NCBI GenBank assembly: GCA_012514745.1
Contig: JAAYZR010000030.1
Span: 5,946 to 69,945 of the forward strand
Reading direction: 5' to 3'
Length of the DNA stretch: 64,000 bases
Origin: Candidatus Undivivens industriae
Lineage (GTDB): Bacteria > Omnitrophota > Gorgyraeia > Gygaellales > Profunditerraquicolaceae
Shown: positions 19,152 through 28,437 of the stretch, one piece after another
Layout: each line of letters begins with the position of its first letter
Position numbering within the stretch: the stretch's first letter is position 1
The notes under the pieces: model-generated
Database searches by the model: none
Told to the model about the DNA's origin: nothing
What the model saw: only the letters and a program-made list of their open reading frames with translations
Made by a program: the position numbers and the translations under genes

Positions 19152-19930
19152 CCCATCACCTCGTTCACTTTGGCGCCGATATCCGCGCTCTCCATAAAAA
19201 CGGAGCCGATGAGCACCGCGCTCACTCCCAGCACTTTCAGGAAAAGCACGTCGGAACGGCTGCGTATCCCGCTCTCCACCGCCACATTCCTGTCTTTTGG
19301 CACAAGGGGATAAAGCCTCTCCGTGGTTTTAATGTCCACTTCCAGGGTGCGCAGATCGCGATTATTCAATCCCAGCAGGGGAAATTTTAAAGAGACCGCT
19401 TTCTTCAAATCCTTTTCTCCGTGCGACTCTATCAGACAGTCCATCCCCAGGCCGGAGGCGATACCGTACAGCTCGCTCAACTTGTCTTTGGAGAGCAGGT
19501 CGGCGATCAGGAGTATAGCGTCGGCCCCCAGCATGCGCGACTCGTAAACCTGGTAAGGTTCGAGGAGGAAGTCCTTGCGCAGCACCGGGATCTTGACGCT
19601 TCTCTTGATCTCCTGCAGATAAACGGGCGAACCGTAAAAAAAGTCTTCTTCGGTAAGCACGGAAAGCGCCTGGGCACCGGCCTGTTCGTAAGCAGCGGCT
19701 ATCTCAACCGGGAAAAACCGTTCCCTTATCACTCCTGCCGAAGGGGAAGCTTTTTTCACCTCGGCGATAAGAGAGATCTCCCTCGGCTTTACTATCGCCT
19801 GCCTGAACGGCAAAGGCGGCGGTATATCCTTAAGCCTCGCCTTGACTTCCTCTTCCGGCAGCTGCTCCATAGCCGCAGCCAGCCTTTCTCTCTTGCGCTT
19901 TACTATATCTTTCAAGATATCTTTCTTCAT
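19145..19930 (-). CDS. trpC: indole-3-glycerol-phosphate synthase
   Basis: IGPS TIM-barrel motifs (LIAEVKKASPS; ESHGEKD...GLNNRDL); 261 aa. Confidence 0.9.
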   Translation of the reverse strand: MKKDILKDIVKRKRERLAAAMEQLPEEEVKARLKDIPPPLPFRQAIVKPREISLIAEVKKASPSAGVIRERFFPVEIAAAYEQAGAQALSVLTEEDFFYGSPVYLQEIKRSVKIPVLRKDFLLEPYQVYESRMLGADAILLIADLLSKDKLSELYGIASGLGMDCLIESHGEKDLKKAVSLKFPLLGLNNRDLRTLEVDIKTTERLYPLVPKDRNVAVESGIRSRSDVLFLKVLGVSAVLIGSVFMESADIGAKVNEVMGW

Positions 19931-20946
19931 TTTTTCTCCTGTTGGGAGGTAAATTCTCTCAGGAGATTGAACTTTTCCAGCGCCCTGCCTGAATCCAGCG
20001 CGCTGACCGCCTTCTGCATCGCTTCCTCCAGGGAAGACGCGGCGTCGGCGGCGTAGATAGCGGCGGCGGCGTTCATCAGCACGGTGTCGCGGTAAGCGCC
20101 GGAGGCCCCTTTCAATACATCGAGCATTATAACGGCGTTCGCTGCCGGCCCGTTACCGGCAATGGAAGAGAGCCCCCTTCTCGAAAACCCCATGTCTTCG
20201 GGGGATATCTCGAATTCGCGCAGGTTACCGCGGTTGAATTCGCAGACATAAGTGACTCCGCCGATGGTTATTTCGTCCAACCCGTCGCTGCCGTGCACCG
20301 CCAGGACATGGAGTGAACCCAGATTGGCCAGCACCTCGCAGACAAAACAGGTCTTGCTGCGCTCGTAGACGCCTACGAGCTGGTGCCTGGTCCCGGCCGG
20401 ATTGACCAGAGGCCCGAGGAGATTGAAAATAGTCCTGCCTTTTATCTGCCTGCGGGCGGGCATGGCATACCTGACCGAGGGATGAAAAGCCGGGGCGAAA
20501 AGAAAAGCGATCCCGGTCTTCAAGAGACATTCTTTAGTCTGTTCCGGAGAGAGGGAGATGTTGATGCCGCAGGCCTCGAGGATATCGGCGCTGCCGCAGT
20601 TGCTGGAAACCGAACGGTTGCCGTGCTTGGCCACGGTGATGCCGCAGCCGGCCGCCACGAAAGCCGCGGCGGTGGAGACATTGAAAGTCCCTTTCTTGTC
20701 CCCGCCCGTGCCGCAGGTGTCCAGCACGTCGGCCCTTCCGGTATGTATTTTCAGGCAATGCCCGCGCATAACTTCTGCGGCGGCCGTGACTTCTTCCACG
20801 GTCTCGCGTCCGGACAACGCCCGCAGGAAATCCGCGACGGCATCCGTCCCTTCGGATCCGGACATTATGGTCTCCATCGCCTCCGACATTTCCGCGGAAG
20901 AAAGGACCTTACCTTCAAGCAGCAGTTGTGTGTATCTTTCTATCAT
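19927..20946 (-). CDS. trpD: anthranilate phosphoribosyltransferase
   Basis: GTGGD motif and the N-terminal helical domain; 339 aa. 4-nt overlaps with trpG and trpC. Confidence 0.9.
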   Translation of the reverse strand: MIERYTQLLLEGKVLSSAEMSEAMETIMSGSEGTDAVADFLRALSGRETVEEVTAAAEVMRGHCLKIHTGRADVLDTCGTGGDKKGTFNVSTAAAFVAAGCGITVAKHGNRSVSSNCGSADILEACGINISLSPEQTKECLLKTGIAFLFAPAFHPSVRYAMPARRQIKGRTIFNLLGPLVNPAGTRHQLVGVYERSKTCFVCEVLANLGSLHVLAVHGSDGLDEITIGGVTYVCEFNRGNLREFEISPEDMGFSRRGLSSIAGNGPAANAVIMLDVLKGASGAYRDTVLMNAAAAIYAADAASSLEEAMQKAVSALDSGRALEKFNLLREFTSQQEKK

Positions 20947-21506
20947 ATGGCCAAGAAGTTCTTCAGAAGTTGTTTCCCGCAGCCGGTCAATATCGATTCC
21001 GGATGGAACTGCACGCCGTAAACTTTGTATCTCCTGTGCTGCAGCCCCATGATCTCCCCGTCCTTCGTCCTGGCCGTGACCTCCAGGCAGCGGGGCAAGG
21101 ATGTTTCTTCCACCGCCAGAGAATGATACCTGGTCGCTTCGAACGGATTAGGCAGGCCCTTGAACACCCCTTTGCCGCGGTGATAAATACGCGAGGTCTT
21201 TCCGTGCATGATGGATTTGGCGTGCACTATTCTTCCGCCGAAAACCTGTCCTATACACTGGTGCCCCAGGCAGACGCCGAGGATAGGTATCCTGCCGGAG
21301 AATTCCGAGATCAGGCCGCAGGATATTCCCGCGTCCCGGGGAGCCCCGGGGCCCGGAGAGATGACCAGGCGTTCCGGACAAAGACGCCGCACTCCCGCGG
21401 CATCTATCTTATCGTTCCTGATCACCTTGACCCGGCAGCCGAGATCAGCCAGGTACTGGACTATATTATAGGTGAAGGAATCGTAATTATCTATCATCAG
21501 GACCAT
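20943..21506 (-). CDS. trpG: anthranilate synthase component II (class I glutamine amidotransferase; TrpG/PabA type)
   Basis: [19 protein letters not shown] start, catalytic GVCLGHQ and the His/Glu dyad region. Position at the head of the trp genes favours TrpG over PabA, but the sequence cannot distinguish them. Confidence 0.85.
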   Translation of the reverse strand: MVLMIDNYDSFTYNIVQYLADLGCRVKVIRNDKIDAAGVRRLCPERLVISPGPGAPRDAGISCGLISEFSGRIPILGVCLGHQCIGQVFGGRIVHAKSIMHGKTSRIYHRGKGVFKGLPNPFEATRYHSLAVEETSLPRCLEVTARTKDGEIMGLQHRRYKVYGVQFHPESILTGCGKQLLKNFLAI

Positions 21507-21524
21507 CTTGCCGCTCCTTGGTAA

Positions 21525-21561
21525 ACGCCCGCCTTTAGAGAAAAACCTTTCCTCTGCGGGC
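21525..21561 (-). promoter_or_regulatory. intercistronic stem-loop between murA stop and trpG RBS
   Basis: CGCCCGC ... GCGGGCG 7-bp stem with an inner AGAG/CTCT pair, followed by GTTTACC and an AAGGAG RBS. It may be an attenuator, a processing site or a weak terminator. No Trp-rich leader peptide was seen. Confidence 0.3.
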
Positions 21562-21563
21562 GG

Positions 21564-22826
21564 TTATTCCTTCTGGCGCCGGATCCTGGCGCCCAGGCTC
21601 CTGAATTTCTCCTCTATGCCTTCATAACCGCGTTCCAGGTGGTATATCCTTGAAATAGAGGTCTTGCCGCCTGCCACCAGCCCGGCAAGGACCAAGGAAG
21701 CCGAAGCGCGCAGGTCTGAGGCCATTACCGGCGCCCCGGAAAGCTTCTTTACTCCTTCCACGATCGCGTAAGGCCCTTCACGCTGGATGCGCGCGCCCAT
21801 GCGGTTAAGCTCGGCAACGTGCATAAATCTGTCCGGATATATTTTTTCGGTTATCACGCTGATACCCGGGGTGACGCACATCAGGCTCATTATCTGCGCC
21901 TGCATATCGGTAGGAAAACCCGGGTAAGGAAGCGTGGTTATGCTGAGCGGTTTCAAATCCTTTTTCAGGGAAGCGCGCACCATATGGTCATGCCGCTGCA
22001 GCGAAGCGCCGGACTGGATCAATTTATCGAACATCGCTCCCAGATGCTCCGGCATCACGTTCCTCAGCTTGATATCGCCTTTGGTGATCAAAGCCGCCAG
22101 TATGAAAGTCCCGGCCTCTATCCTGTCGGGTATAATCCTGTGTTCGGCTCCGCGCAGGGATTTCACCCCTTCGATCTCTATAACCGGAGTCCCGTGGCCT
22201 TTGATCCTGGCGCCCATTTTGATCAGGAACTCCGCCAGGTCCGCCACTTCCGGTTCGCAGGCGGCCGATTCTATCACGGTCCTCCCCGGGGCAAGCACGG
22301 CCGCCATCATCACGTTGTCGGTGGCCAGCACCGAAGAGCCAAAAACTCCGCCGAGATAAACATACCCGCCTTTCAGCCCGGAGGCGTCGGCGACCACGTA
22401 GCCGCCCTGCACGTCGATATCGGCTCCCAGAGCCTGCAGGCCCTTGATATGCAGGTCCACCGGCCGAAGTCCGATGACGCAGCCGCCGGGCAGGGACACT
22501 TTCGCCTTCTTGAGCTTGCCGAGCAGCGGGCCGAGGACGCAAAAAGAAGCGCGCATGGTAGAAACCAGCTTATAGTCGGCTACATGCCCGCAATGCTTTG
22601 TCGCCAGTATGCGCACCGTGCCTTTATCATATTCGACGTTCTTGCCCAGGGAACGCAATATCTTCAGCATGGTCATGGTATCCCTAAGGTTCGGGACCCT
22701 CTTGAGCACGCAGGGTTCGTCGGTAAGCAGGGTTGCCGCCAGTATGGGCAGAACCGAATTCTTGGCCCCGGAAACGCTCACTTCACCCTTCAGCCTGACC
22801 CCGCCTTCTATGATGAGCTTATCCAT
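21564..22826 (-). CDS. murA: UDP-N-acetylglucosamine 1-carboxyvinyltransferase
   Basis: 420 aa with an EPSP-synthase fold and a conserved Cys-containing active-site loop (LPGGCVIGLRPVD). Confidence 0.95.
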   Translation of the reverse strand: MDKLIIEGGVRLKGEVSVSGAKNSVLPILAATLLTDEPCVLKRVPNLRDTMTMLKILRSLGKNVEYDKGTVRILATKHCGHVADYKLVSTMRASFCVLGPLLGKLKKAKVSLPGGCVIGLRPVDLHIKGLQALGADIDVQGGYVVADASGLKGGYVYLGGVFGSSVLATDNVMMAAVLAPGRTVIESAACEPEVADLAEFLIKMGARIKGHGTPVIEIEGVKSLRGAEHRIIPDRIEAGTFILAALITKGDIKLRNVMPEHLGAMFDKLIQSGASLQRHDHMVRASLKKDLKPLSITTLPYPGFPTDMQAQIMSLMCVTPGISVITEKIYPDRFMHVAELNRMGARIQREGPYAIVEGVKKLSGAPVMASDLRASASLVLAGLVAGGKTSISRIYHLERGYEGIEEKFRSLGARIRRQKE

Positions 22827-23072
22827 CTATACTTCTCCTTTAGTAAATTCCGGTTACGGCTAAGGTAACCAAACCCGTTAGCGCGCTGTTCAGTAAGTTT
22901 TTTACAGCGCACAGAACAATCGAGAGCCGAAAACCGAGATTTGATACAACGGAGATTCTCGATTTTCAAATGCCGAAGACGAAACGGACATCGTAACCGT
23001 AACCGCTATAAGATCCAAAACCCGGTAACAACAAAACATTCAGGAATCAACAAACGATCCTGAAATCCGCTT
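22827..23072. repeat. Copy B of a conserved bipartite intergenic element (5' leader of murA), with extra hairpins
   Basis: GGTTACGGCTAAGGTAACC (perfect GGTTAC-N7-GTAACC inverted repeat) at about 22852-22870. CATCGTAACCGTAACCG at 22989-23005. Internal hairpins GCGCTGT/ACAGCGC, CGAGA/TCTCG and CAGGA/TCCTG. Confidence 0.5.
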
Positions 23073-23849
23073 CTATGTTCGCCTGCGGGCTACAACAACC
23101 CGTTCTATTCCCGCGTAATCTTTAACGGTATCTTCCACTCTCATCCCGGGCGCGGAAGAAATCAGGGCGCGCACGTCTTGCGCCTGACCATATCCTATCT
23201 CCACAATCAGCAGGCCGGAAGAAACCAGGCGGCCGGAGCAGCCGGCGCAGATACGGCGGTAAAAATCCAGCCCGTCATCACCTCCGCTGAGGGCCTGCCG
23301 CGGTTCAAAAAGCACCTCGCGCTGCAAAGACCCCAACTCCCCATCCGGGATATAGGGCGGGTTGGAAACTATGATGTCAAACTCCCCGTCTCCCGGAGGG
23401 AATAAATCTGCGTTCAGGAAATCCACCCTGCAGCGGTTGGCGGAGGCGTTTTCCCGCGCCACCTGAAGCGCCGCCGTGGAGATCTCCACGGCGCAGACAG
23501 CGCTTCGCGGCAGATAATGAGCCAGGCTGACCGCCACGCACCCGGAACCGGTGCCTATATCGAGGATGCGCAGGCGGGCTCCTGCCTTGCCGGCATGCCC
23601 CAGGACGGTCTCCACCAGTATCTCGGTCTCCGGCCTGGGAATAAGCACATCGGGAGTGACGCGAAAATCCAACCCCATGAATTCAGTCCTGCCGAGTATG
23701 TACTGCAACGGTTCGCCTTTAATACGCCTTCTCAGGACGCCGGCGATCAAACTCCCCTTATCCGGCGGCAGCTTTTGCCTGCCGCCGGTATAAAGGGATG
23801 TCCTGCTGCATTCCAACAAACCGGTGAATAAGAGTTCCGCTTCGTTCAT
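23073..23849 (-). CDS. prmC: release factor glutamine N5-methyltransferase
   Basis: NPPY motif (IIVSNPPYIP) and the SAM-binding DIGTGSG. Located immediately upstream of... actually downstream-adjacent to prfA, as is typical. Confidence 0.85.
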   Translation of the reverse strand: MNEAELLFTGLLECSRTSLYTGGRQKLPPDKGSLIAGVLRRRIKGEPLQYILGRTEFMGLDFRVTPDVLIPRPETEILVETVLGHAGKAGARLRILDIGTGSGCVAVSLAHYLPRSAVCAVEISTAALQVARENASANRCRVDFLNADLFPPGDGEFDIIVSNPPYIPDGELGSLQREVLFEPRQALSGGDDGLDFYRRICAGCSGRLVSSGLLIVEIGYGQAQDVRALISSAPGMRVEDTVKDYAGIERVVVARRRT

Positions 23850-23862
23850 AGCAAAAAAATGG

Positions 23863-24933
23863 TCATTCCTGCTTTTCCCTTAGTTTAGCTTCTTTTTCCG
23901 CTTTAAGCAATGCCCCGGATATCTCTTCCAATTCCCCCTCCAGCACCGCTTCCAGCCTATGCACCGTGAAATTGATACGATGATCCGTGACGCGGCGGTC
24001 GGGGTAATTATAAGTTCGGATCTTCTCGCTTCTCTCTCCGGAACCGATCTGAGAACGCCGTTCGGTAGTTACCTTTTTCCGCTCTTCCTCCTGTTTCCTT
24101 TCCAGGATCTTGGCGCGCAGTATCCTCATCGCCTTGTTCTTGTTCTTCAGCTGGGAGCGCTCGTCCTGGCAGGATACCACCACGCCGGTGGGGATATGCG
24201 TGATCCTGACGGCGGAATCGGTTTTTTGCATATGCTGGCCGCCGGGGCCGGAGGATCTGTAGGTGTCTATCTTCAGGTCTCCCGGGTCTATCGCCATTTC
24301 CACGTCTTCCGGTTCCACCAGCACCGCCACCGTAGCCGTGGAGGTGTGTATCCTTCCCTGGGACTCCGTCTCAGGGACGCGCTGCACACGGTGCACCCCG
24401 CTCTCAAAACGCATGCACCTATAGGCGCCTTTGCCGCTGATGCTGAAAACGACCTCTTTAATCCCGCCCAGCTCGGTTTCGCTCACCGACATGGGCTCCA
24501 CTTTCCAACCCTTGCCGTCGGCGTACTTGTTATACATACGGTAGAGCACCGCCGCGAACAGCGCGGCCTCCATGCCGCCGGTGCCCTGGCGGATCTCGAC
24601 GATGATATCCCTGTCGGCATTGCCGTCCTCTTCCTCCAGCATCGACTGCAAACGCTCTTCAAACCCGGCGAGCTTTTGTTTAAGCGCGTCTTCCTCCCGG
24701 TTGACCAGTTCAGCCATCTCCCGGTCTTCGTGCCCGTGCCGCATCTGTTTCAGCTCTTCCAGTTCGGCGGAGAGCTTGCGATGCAAACGCAGCAGCCTCA
24801 CGGGCTCCTGCAATTCCGCAAGCTCCCTGGCGTATTTACTGCACTTTTCCAGGTCGGAGACGACTTCGTCGCTGGCGAGCAATTCTTCCAGCCGGCGGTA
24901 GCGTTCTTCGAGCTTCTCCAGATGCTTCAACAT
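23863..24933 (-). CDS. prfA: peptide chain release factor 1
   Basis: GGQ motif ([19 protein letters not shown]) and the RF1-type anticodon-mimic region; 356 aa. Confidence 0.95.
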   Translation of the reverse strand: MLKHLEKLEERYRRLEELLASDEVVSDLEKCSKYARELAELQEPVRLLRLHRKLSAELEELKQMRHGHEDREMAELVNREEDALKQKLAGFEERLQSMLEEEDGNADRDIIVEIRQGTGGMEAALFAAVLYRMYNKYADGKGWKVEPMSVSETELGGIKEVVFSISGKGAYRCMRFESGVHRVQRVPETESQGRIHTSTATVAVLVEPEDVEMAIDPGDLKIDTYRSSGPGGQHMQKTDSAVRITHIPTGVVVSCQDERSQLKNKNKAMRILRAKILERKQEEERKKVTTERRSQIGSGERSEKIRTYNYPDRRVTDHRINFTVHRLEAVLEGELEEISGALLKAEKEAKLREKQE

Positions 24934-24940
24934 ACGCCTC

Positions 24941-25147
24941 TCAGGCCTTTTTCCTGCCGTACTTCTTTTCGAACTTGTCTACCCGCCCGGCGGAATCCAC
25001 GAACTTCTGCTTTCCGGTAAAGAACGGGTGGCATTTCGAGCAGACTTCCACCCGGATGTTCTGTCTGGTGGAACGGGTATGTATGGTGTTGCCGCATGCG
25101 CAGACAACCACGCTTTCTTCGTATTTGGGATGTATCTTTTCTTTCAT
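24941..25147 (-). CDS. rpmE: 50S ribosomal protein L31 (zinc-binding type)
   Basis: 68 aa with CxxC...CxxC (CACGN...CSKCHP) and the KFEKKYGRK tail. Confidence 0.9.
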   Translation of the reverse strand: MKEKIHPKYEESVVVCACGNTIHTRSTRQNIRVEVCSKCHPFFTGKQKFVDSAGRVDKFEKKYGRKKA

Positions 25148-25200
25148 TTCTTCCTTCTCCTTTTTCGTTCGATAACTCCTGCCCCGCGCAACGCGGAGTT

Positions 25201-26460
25201 CTATTTCTGGTTCATACTGTTTAAAAACTCTTCGTTGTTCTTGGTCTTGGCCAGTTTCTCTATCAGCAGTTCCATAGCCTCCACGTTGCTCAATTCATTA
25301 AGCACTTTGCGCAGTATCCAGACCCGCTGAAGTATTTCCGGCTTCAACAGCAGTTCCTCGTGCCTGGTGTTGGAACGCTTTATGTCTATGGCGGGGTATA
25401 TCCTGCGCTGGAACAGGTTCCTGTCCAGCTGCAGTTCCATATTGCCGGTCCCTTTGAACTCCTCGAAGATCACGTCATCCATGCGGCTGCCGGTGTCCAC
25501 CAGCGCGGTGGCTATGATGGTGAGGCTCCCTCCCTCCTCGATCGCTCTAGCCGCTCCGAAGAAACGCTTTGGTTTCTGCAGGGCGTTGGAATCGATACCG
25601 CCCGACAACACCTTGCCGCTATGCGGCACCACGGAGTTATAGGCGCGGGCCAGACGCGTGATACTGTCCAGCAGGATCACCACGTCCTTCTTGTGCTCGA
25701 CCAGGCGTTTTGCCTTCTCAAGCACTATCTCGGAGACCTGCACGTGCCTCTCCGGCGGCTCGTCGAACGTGGAGGAGATAACCTCCCCCTGGACGTTCCT
25801 TTGCATATCGGTGACCTCTTCCGGCCTTTCGTCTATGAGCAAAACGATCAGCACCACGTCCGGGTGATTGCCGGTGATGGAATTGGCCAGACGCTGCAGG
25901 AGCACGGTCTTGCCGCTATAGGGAGGCGCGACTATAAGGCTGCGCTGCCCCTTGCCGATGGGGGCCAGCAGGTCTATGACTCGCGTCGATACTTCCTCCG
26001 GTTTGCGTTCCAGCATGAATCTTTCATGCGGATAGACCGGGGTCAAATTGTCGAAAAGCACCTTGTCTTTGCAGGTTTCCGGGTTCTCGAAATTGACCGC
26101 TTCCACCTTCAGCAAGGCGAAATATTTCTCACCTTCCTTCGGAGGGCGTATCTCCCCGCTGACCGTATCCCCGGTCTTTAAATCGAATTTTCTTATCTGC
26201 GAAGGGGAAATGTATATGTCGTCAGGACAGGGCAGATAATTGTAATTCGGTGAACGCAGGAACCCGAACCCCTCCGGCAGTATCTCCAGTATTCCCTCGC
26301 CGAACATCAAACCTTCTTTTTCCGCCTGGGCCTGCAGGACCTTGAATATAAGGTCCTGTTTCCTGATGCCGCTGAAGCCGTTTATGTTCAGCTCTTTAGC
26401 CAGCTTGTTCAGCTCGGTGATCTTCATCTCTTTCAATTTAGTGATATTCAGTTTCTCCAC
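25201..26460 (-). CDS. rho: transcription termination factor Rho
   Basis: N-terminal KOW/CSD RNA-binding domain, Walker A GKT and a RecA-like ATPase; 419 aa. Confidence 0.95.
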   Translation of the reverse strand: MEKLNITKLKEMKITELNKLAKELNINGFSGIRKQDLIFKVLQAQAEKEGLMFGEGILEILPEGFGFLRSPNYNYLPCPDDIYISPSQIRKFDLKTGDTVSGEIRPPKEGEKYFALLKVEAVNFENPETCKDKVLFDNLTPVYPHERFMLERKPEEVSTRVIDLLAPIGKGQRSLIVAPPYSGKTVLLQRLANSITGNHPDVVLIVLLIDERPEEVTDMQRNVQGEVISSTFDEPPERHVQVSEIVLEKAKRLVEHKKDVVILLDSITRLARAYNSVVPHSGKVLSGGIDSNALQKPKRFFGAARAIEEGGSLTIIATALVDTGSRMDDVIFEEFKGTGNMELQLDRNLFQRRIYPAIDIKRSNTRHEELLLKPEILQRVWILRKVLNELSNVEAMELLIEKLAKTKNNEEFLNSMNQK

Positions 26461-27074
26461 ACTTTCCTCCTTAGTCTCTCAACTTGTCTCCTAGTTTGCT
26501 CCAAAGAACCGCTGTTATCTATGATAAAATCGGCCAGGCGCTCCGCTTTCATGACGGAAGGCTGGGCTGAGATTATGCGCGCCACGAGTTCTTTCTTCAT
26601 TCCCCTGGAGCGCGAAGCGCGTTCCAGGCGCAGCGCCTCGGGCGCCTTAACGAAAACCAGATGATCCACAAACCGGTGCAGGCCGGTCTCCAAAAGCAGG
26701 GCCGCGTCCAGGACGATCAGCCCGGAGGCCTCCTTGAGCCGCCCGCGGATATCTTTTATGATGTAAGGGTGCGTTATGCCGTTTAACAGGGCGGTTTCCT
26801 TGCCGCCGTAGAACGCCTCCGCTGCCAGCGCCCTGCGGTTTATGCGGCCGTCCTTTCGGAGTATCCCTTTTCCGAACGCCTTGAGCAGTTTCTCAAAAGC
26901 CGGTTTACCGGGCGCTATCACGCTGTGGGCGACGCGGTCGGCATCTATCACTTTCGCCCCGCCTTTTCTGAGCATGGCAGAAATCGCGCTCTTGCCGGAA
27001 CAGATACCGCCGGTAACGCCTATCACGCAACGTTTACGCGCGGCTGTGAACGCCGCTCCGCAGGATCTTCTCAT
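26448..27074 (-). CDS. coaE: dephospho-CoA kinase
   Basis: P-loop [12 protein letters not shown]. The start is placed at the internal Met (27072-27074), overlapping glgA by 41 nt. The track's start at 27161 would overlap by 128 nt and has no RBS. Confidence 0.7.
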   Translation of the reverse strand: MRRSCGAAFTAARKRCVIGVTGGICSGKSAISAMLRKGGAKVIDADRVAHSVIAPGKPAFEKLLKAFGKGILRKDGRINRRALAAEAFYGGKETALLNGITHPYIIKDIRGRLKEASGLIVLDAALLLETGLHRFVDHLVFVKAPEALRLERASRSRGMKKELVARIISAQPSVMKAERLADFIIDNSGSLEQTRRQVERLRRKVWRN

Positions 27075-28437
27075 ATAATGAAATGTATTCCCCGGCGGAC
27101 GCCTGCCAGGAGAAACGTTTTTCCATGCCGCGCTCGGCAAGCCGGCGCCATCGGCCGGCATCGGCGTACAAACGCACTGCTTCTTTAATCTTTACGGACA
27201 GTTCCCCTGCCGATATGCCGTTCATAACGAAGCCGTTGTCCCCGGACACGGTATCGGCCAGGCCGCCGGTGCTGCTGACCACCGGGACCGTCCCGTAACG
27301 CAGGGATATCATCTGGCTCAATCCGCACGGCTCGTAACGCGAAGGCATCAGGAAAATGTCCGAACCGGCGTATATCCTGTGCGCCAGCGCCTCGTCGAAC
27401 TTCAAATGCAGGGATACCGCGCCCGGACTGCCGGCCGCGGCCTTGCGCAGCAGAGTCTGGTATTTCTCATCACCCGTGCCCAGTATCACGAACTGCATAC
27501 CTTCAGCCGCCAGTTCCGGCAGAAGCGGAACGATAAGATCGACCCCCTTCTGCTCGGCGAGGCGCGAGACCACCGCCAGAAGCGGCGCCCGGGGATCTTC
27601 CCGCAATCCGCACTCCTTCTGCAGGGCCTTTTTGTTCCCCGCCTTGCCTTCCAGTCTTCCCGCGTCGTAGTTAACAATTATCAGGGGGTCGGAGGAAGGG
27701 TCCCAGACCGAATAATCCAGACCGTTCAATATGCCGCGCAGATCGGCGGAACGTTTATTCAACAGGCCTTCCAACCCGCAGCCGAATTCCCTGCCCTGTA
27801 TCTGGCGGCTGTAAGTAGGACTGACCGTGGTCAGTGAATCGGAGAAAATCAATCCCCCTTTCAAAAGATTGACCTTGCCGTAGAATTCCAGCCCGTCCAC
27901 AGAGAACATCTCCTCCGGCAGTCCGGTAAAGGGAAAGTCCTCCGCCGGAAAGATGCCCTGGTAAGCCAGGTTATGTATGGTCAACACCGAAGCGGTTGAC
28001 CGAAAGAAAGGATTGCGGATCTGCGCAGACTTCAGGTAAACCGGAGCAAGCGACGACTGCCAGTCGTGGCAATGAAGAATGTCCGCCCTGAAGCCGAGCT
28101 GTTCGAGCAGCCGCAGGCCGCGGCGGCAGAAAAAAACGAACCGCTCCAGGTTGTCCGGGTAGTCTCCCGTGGACGAACCGTAGAACCCGTCGCGCAGGAA
28201 GTAGCCGTCGTCATGCAGAAAGTAAAAAACCGCCCCGCCTTGCCGGTGAAAAGAAACATCCGGCATTATCCTCTCCGCCCGTCTTCCGGGAACGTTGAGC
28301 TTTCCGTAGGCCGGCAGCAGAACTATCACCTCATTACCGGCTTCGCACAATGCCGGGGCAAGCGCACCGGCCACGTCGGCAAGGCCTCCTGTCTTGGCGT
28401 AAGGAACGGCTTCCGGCGTGAAAAAAGCTATTTTCAT
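27034..28437 (-). CDS. glgA: glycogen synthase (ADP-glucose type, GT5)
   Basis: N-terminal KTGGLADV motif and GT-B fold; 467 aa. Confidence 0.9.
   Translation of the reverse strand: MKIAFFTPEAVPYAKTGGLADVAGALAPALCEAGNEVIVLLPAYGKLNVPGRRAERIMPDVSFHRQGGAVFYFLHDDGYFLRDGFYGSSTGDYPDNLERFVFFCRRGLRLLEQLGFRADILHCHDWQSSLAPVYLKSAQIRNPFFRSTASVLTIHNLAYQGIFPAEDFPFTGLPEEMFSVDGLEFYGKVNLLKGGLIFSDSLTTVSPTYSRQIQGREFGCGLEGLLNKRSADLRGILNGLDYSVWDPSSDPLIIVNYDAGRLEGKAGNKKALQKECGLREDPRAPLLAVVSRLAEQKGVDLIVPLLPELAAEGMQFVILGTGDEKYQTLLRKAAAGSPGAVSLHLKFDEALAHRIYAGSDIFLMPSRYEPCGLSQMISLRYGTVPVVSSTGGLADTVSGDNGFVMNGISAGELSVKIKEAVRLYADAGRWRRLAERGMEKRFSWQASAGEYISLYEKILRSGVHSRA

Noticed and set aside
25148-25200. Possible terminator between rho and rpmE (CCGCG-caa-CGCGG hairpin)
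   Set aside because: Short stem with no U-run on the transcribed strand; more likely just an intercistronic hairpin.
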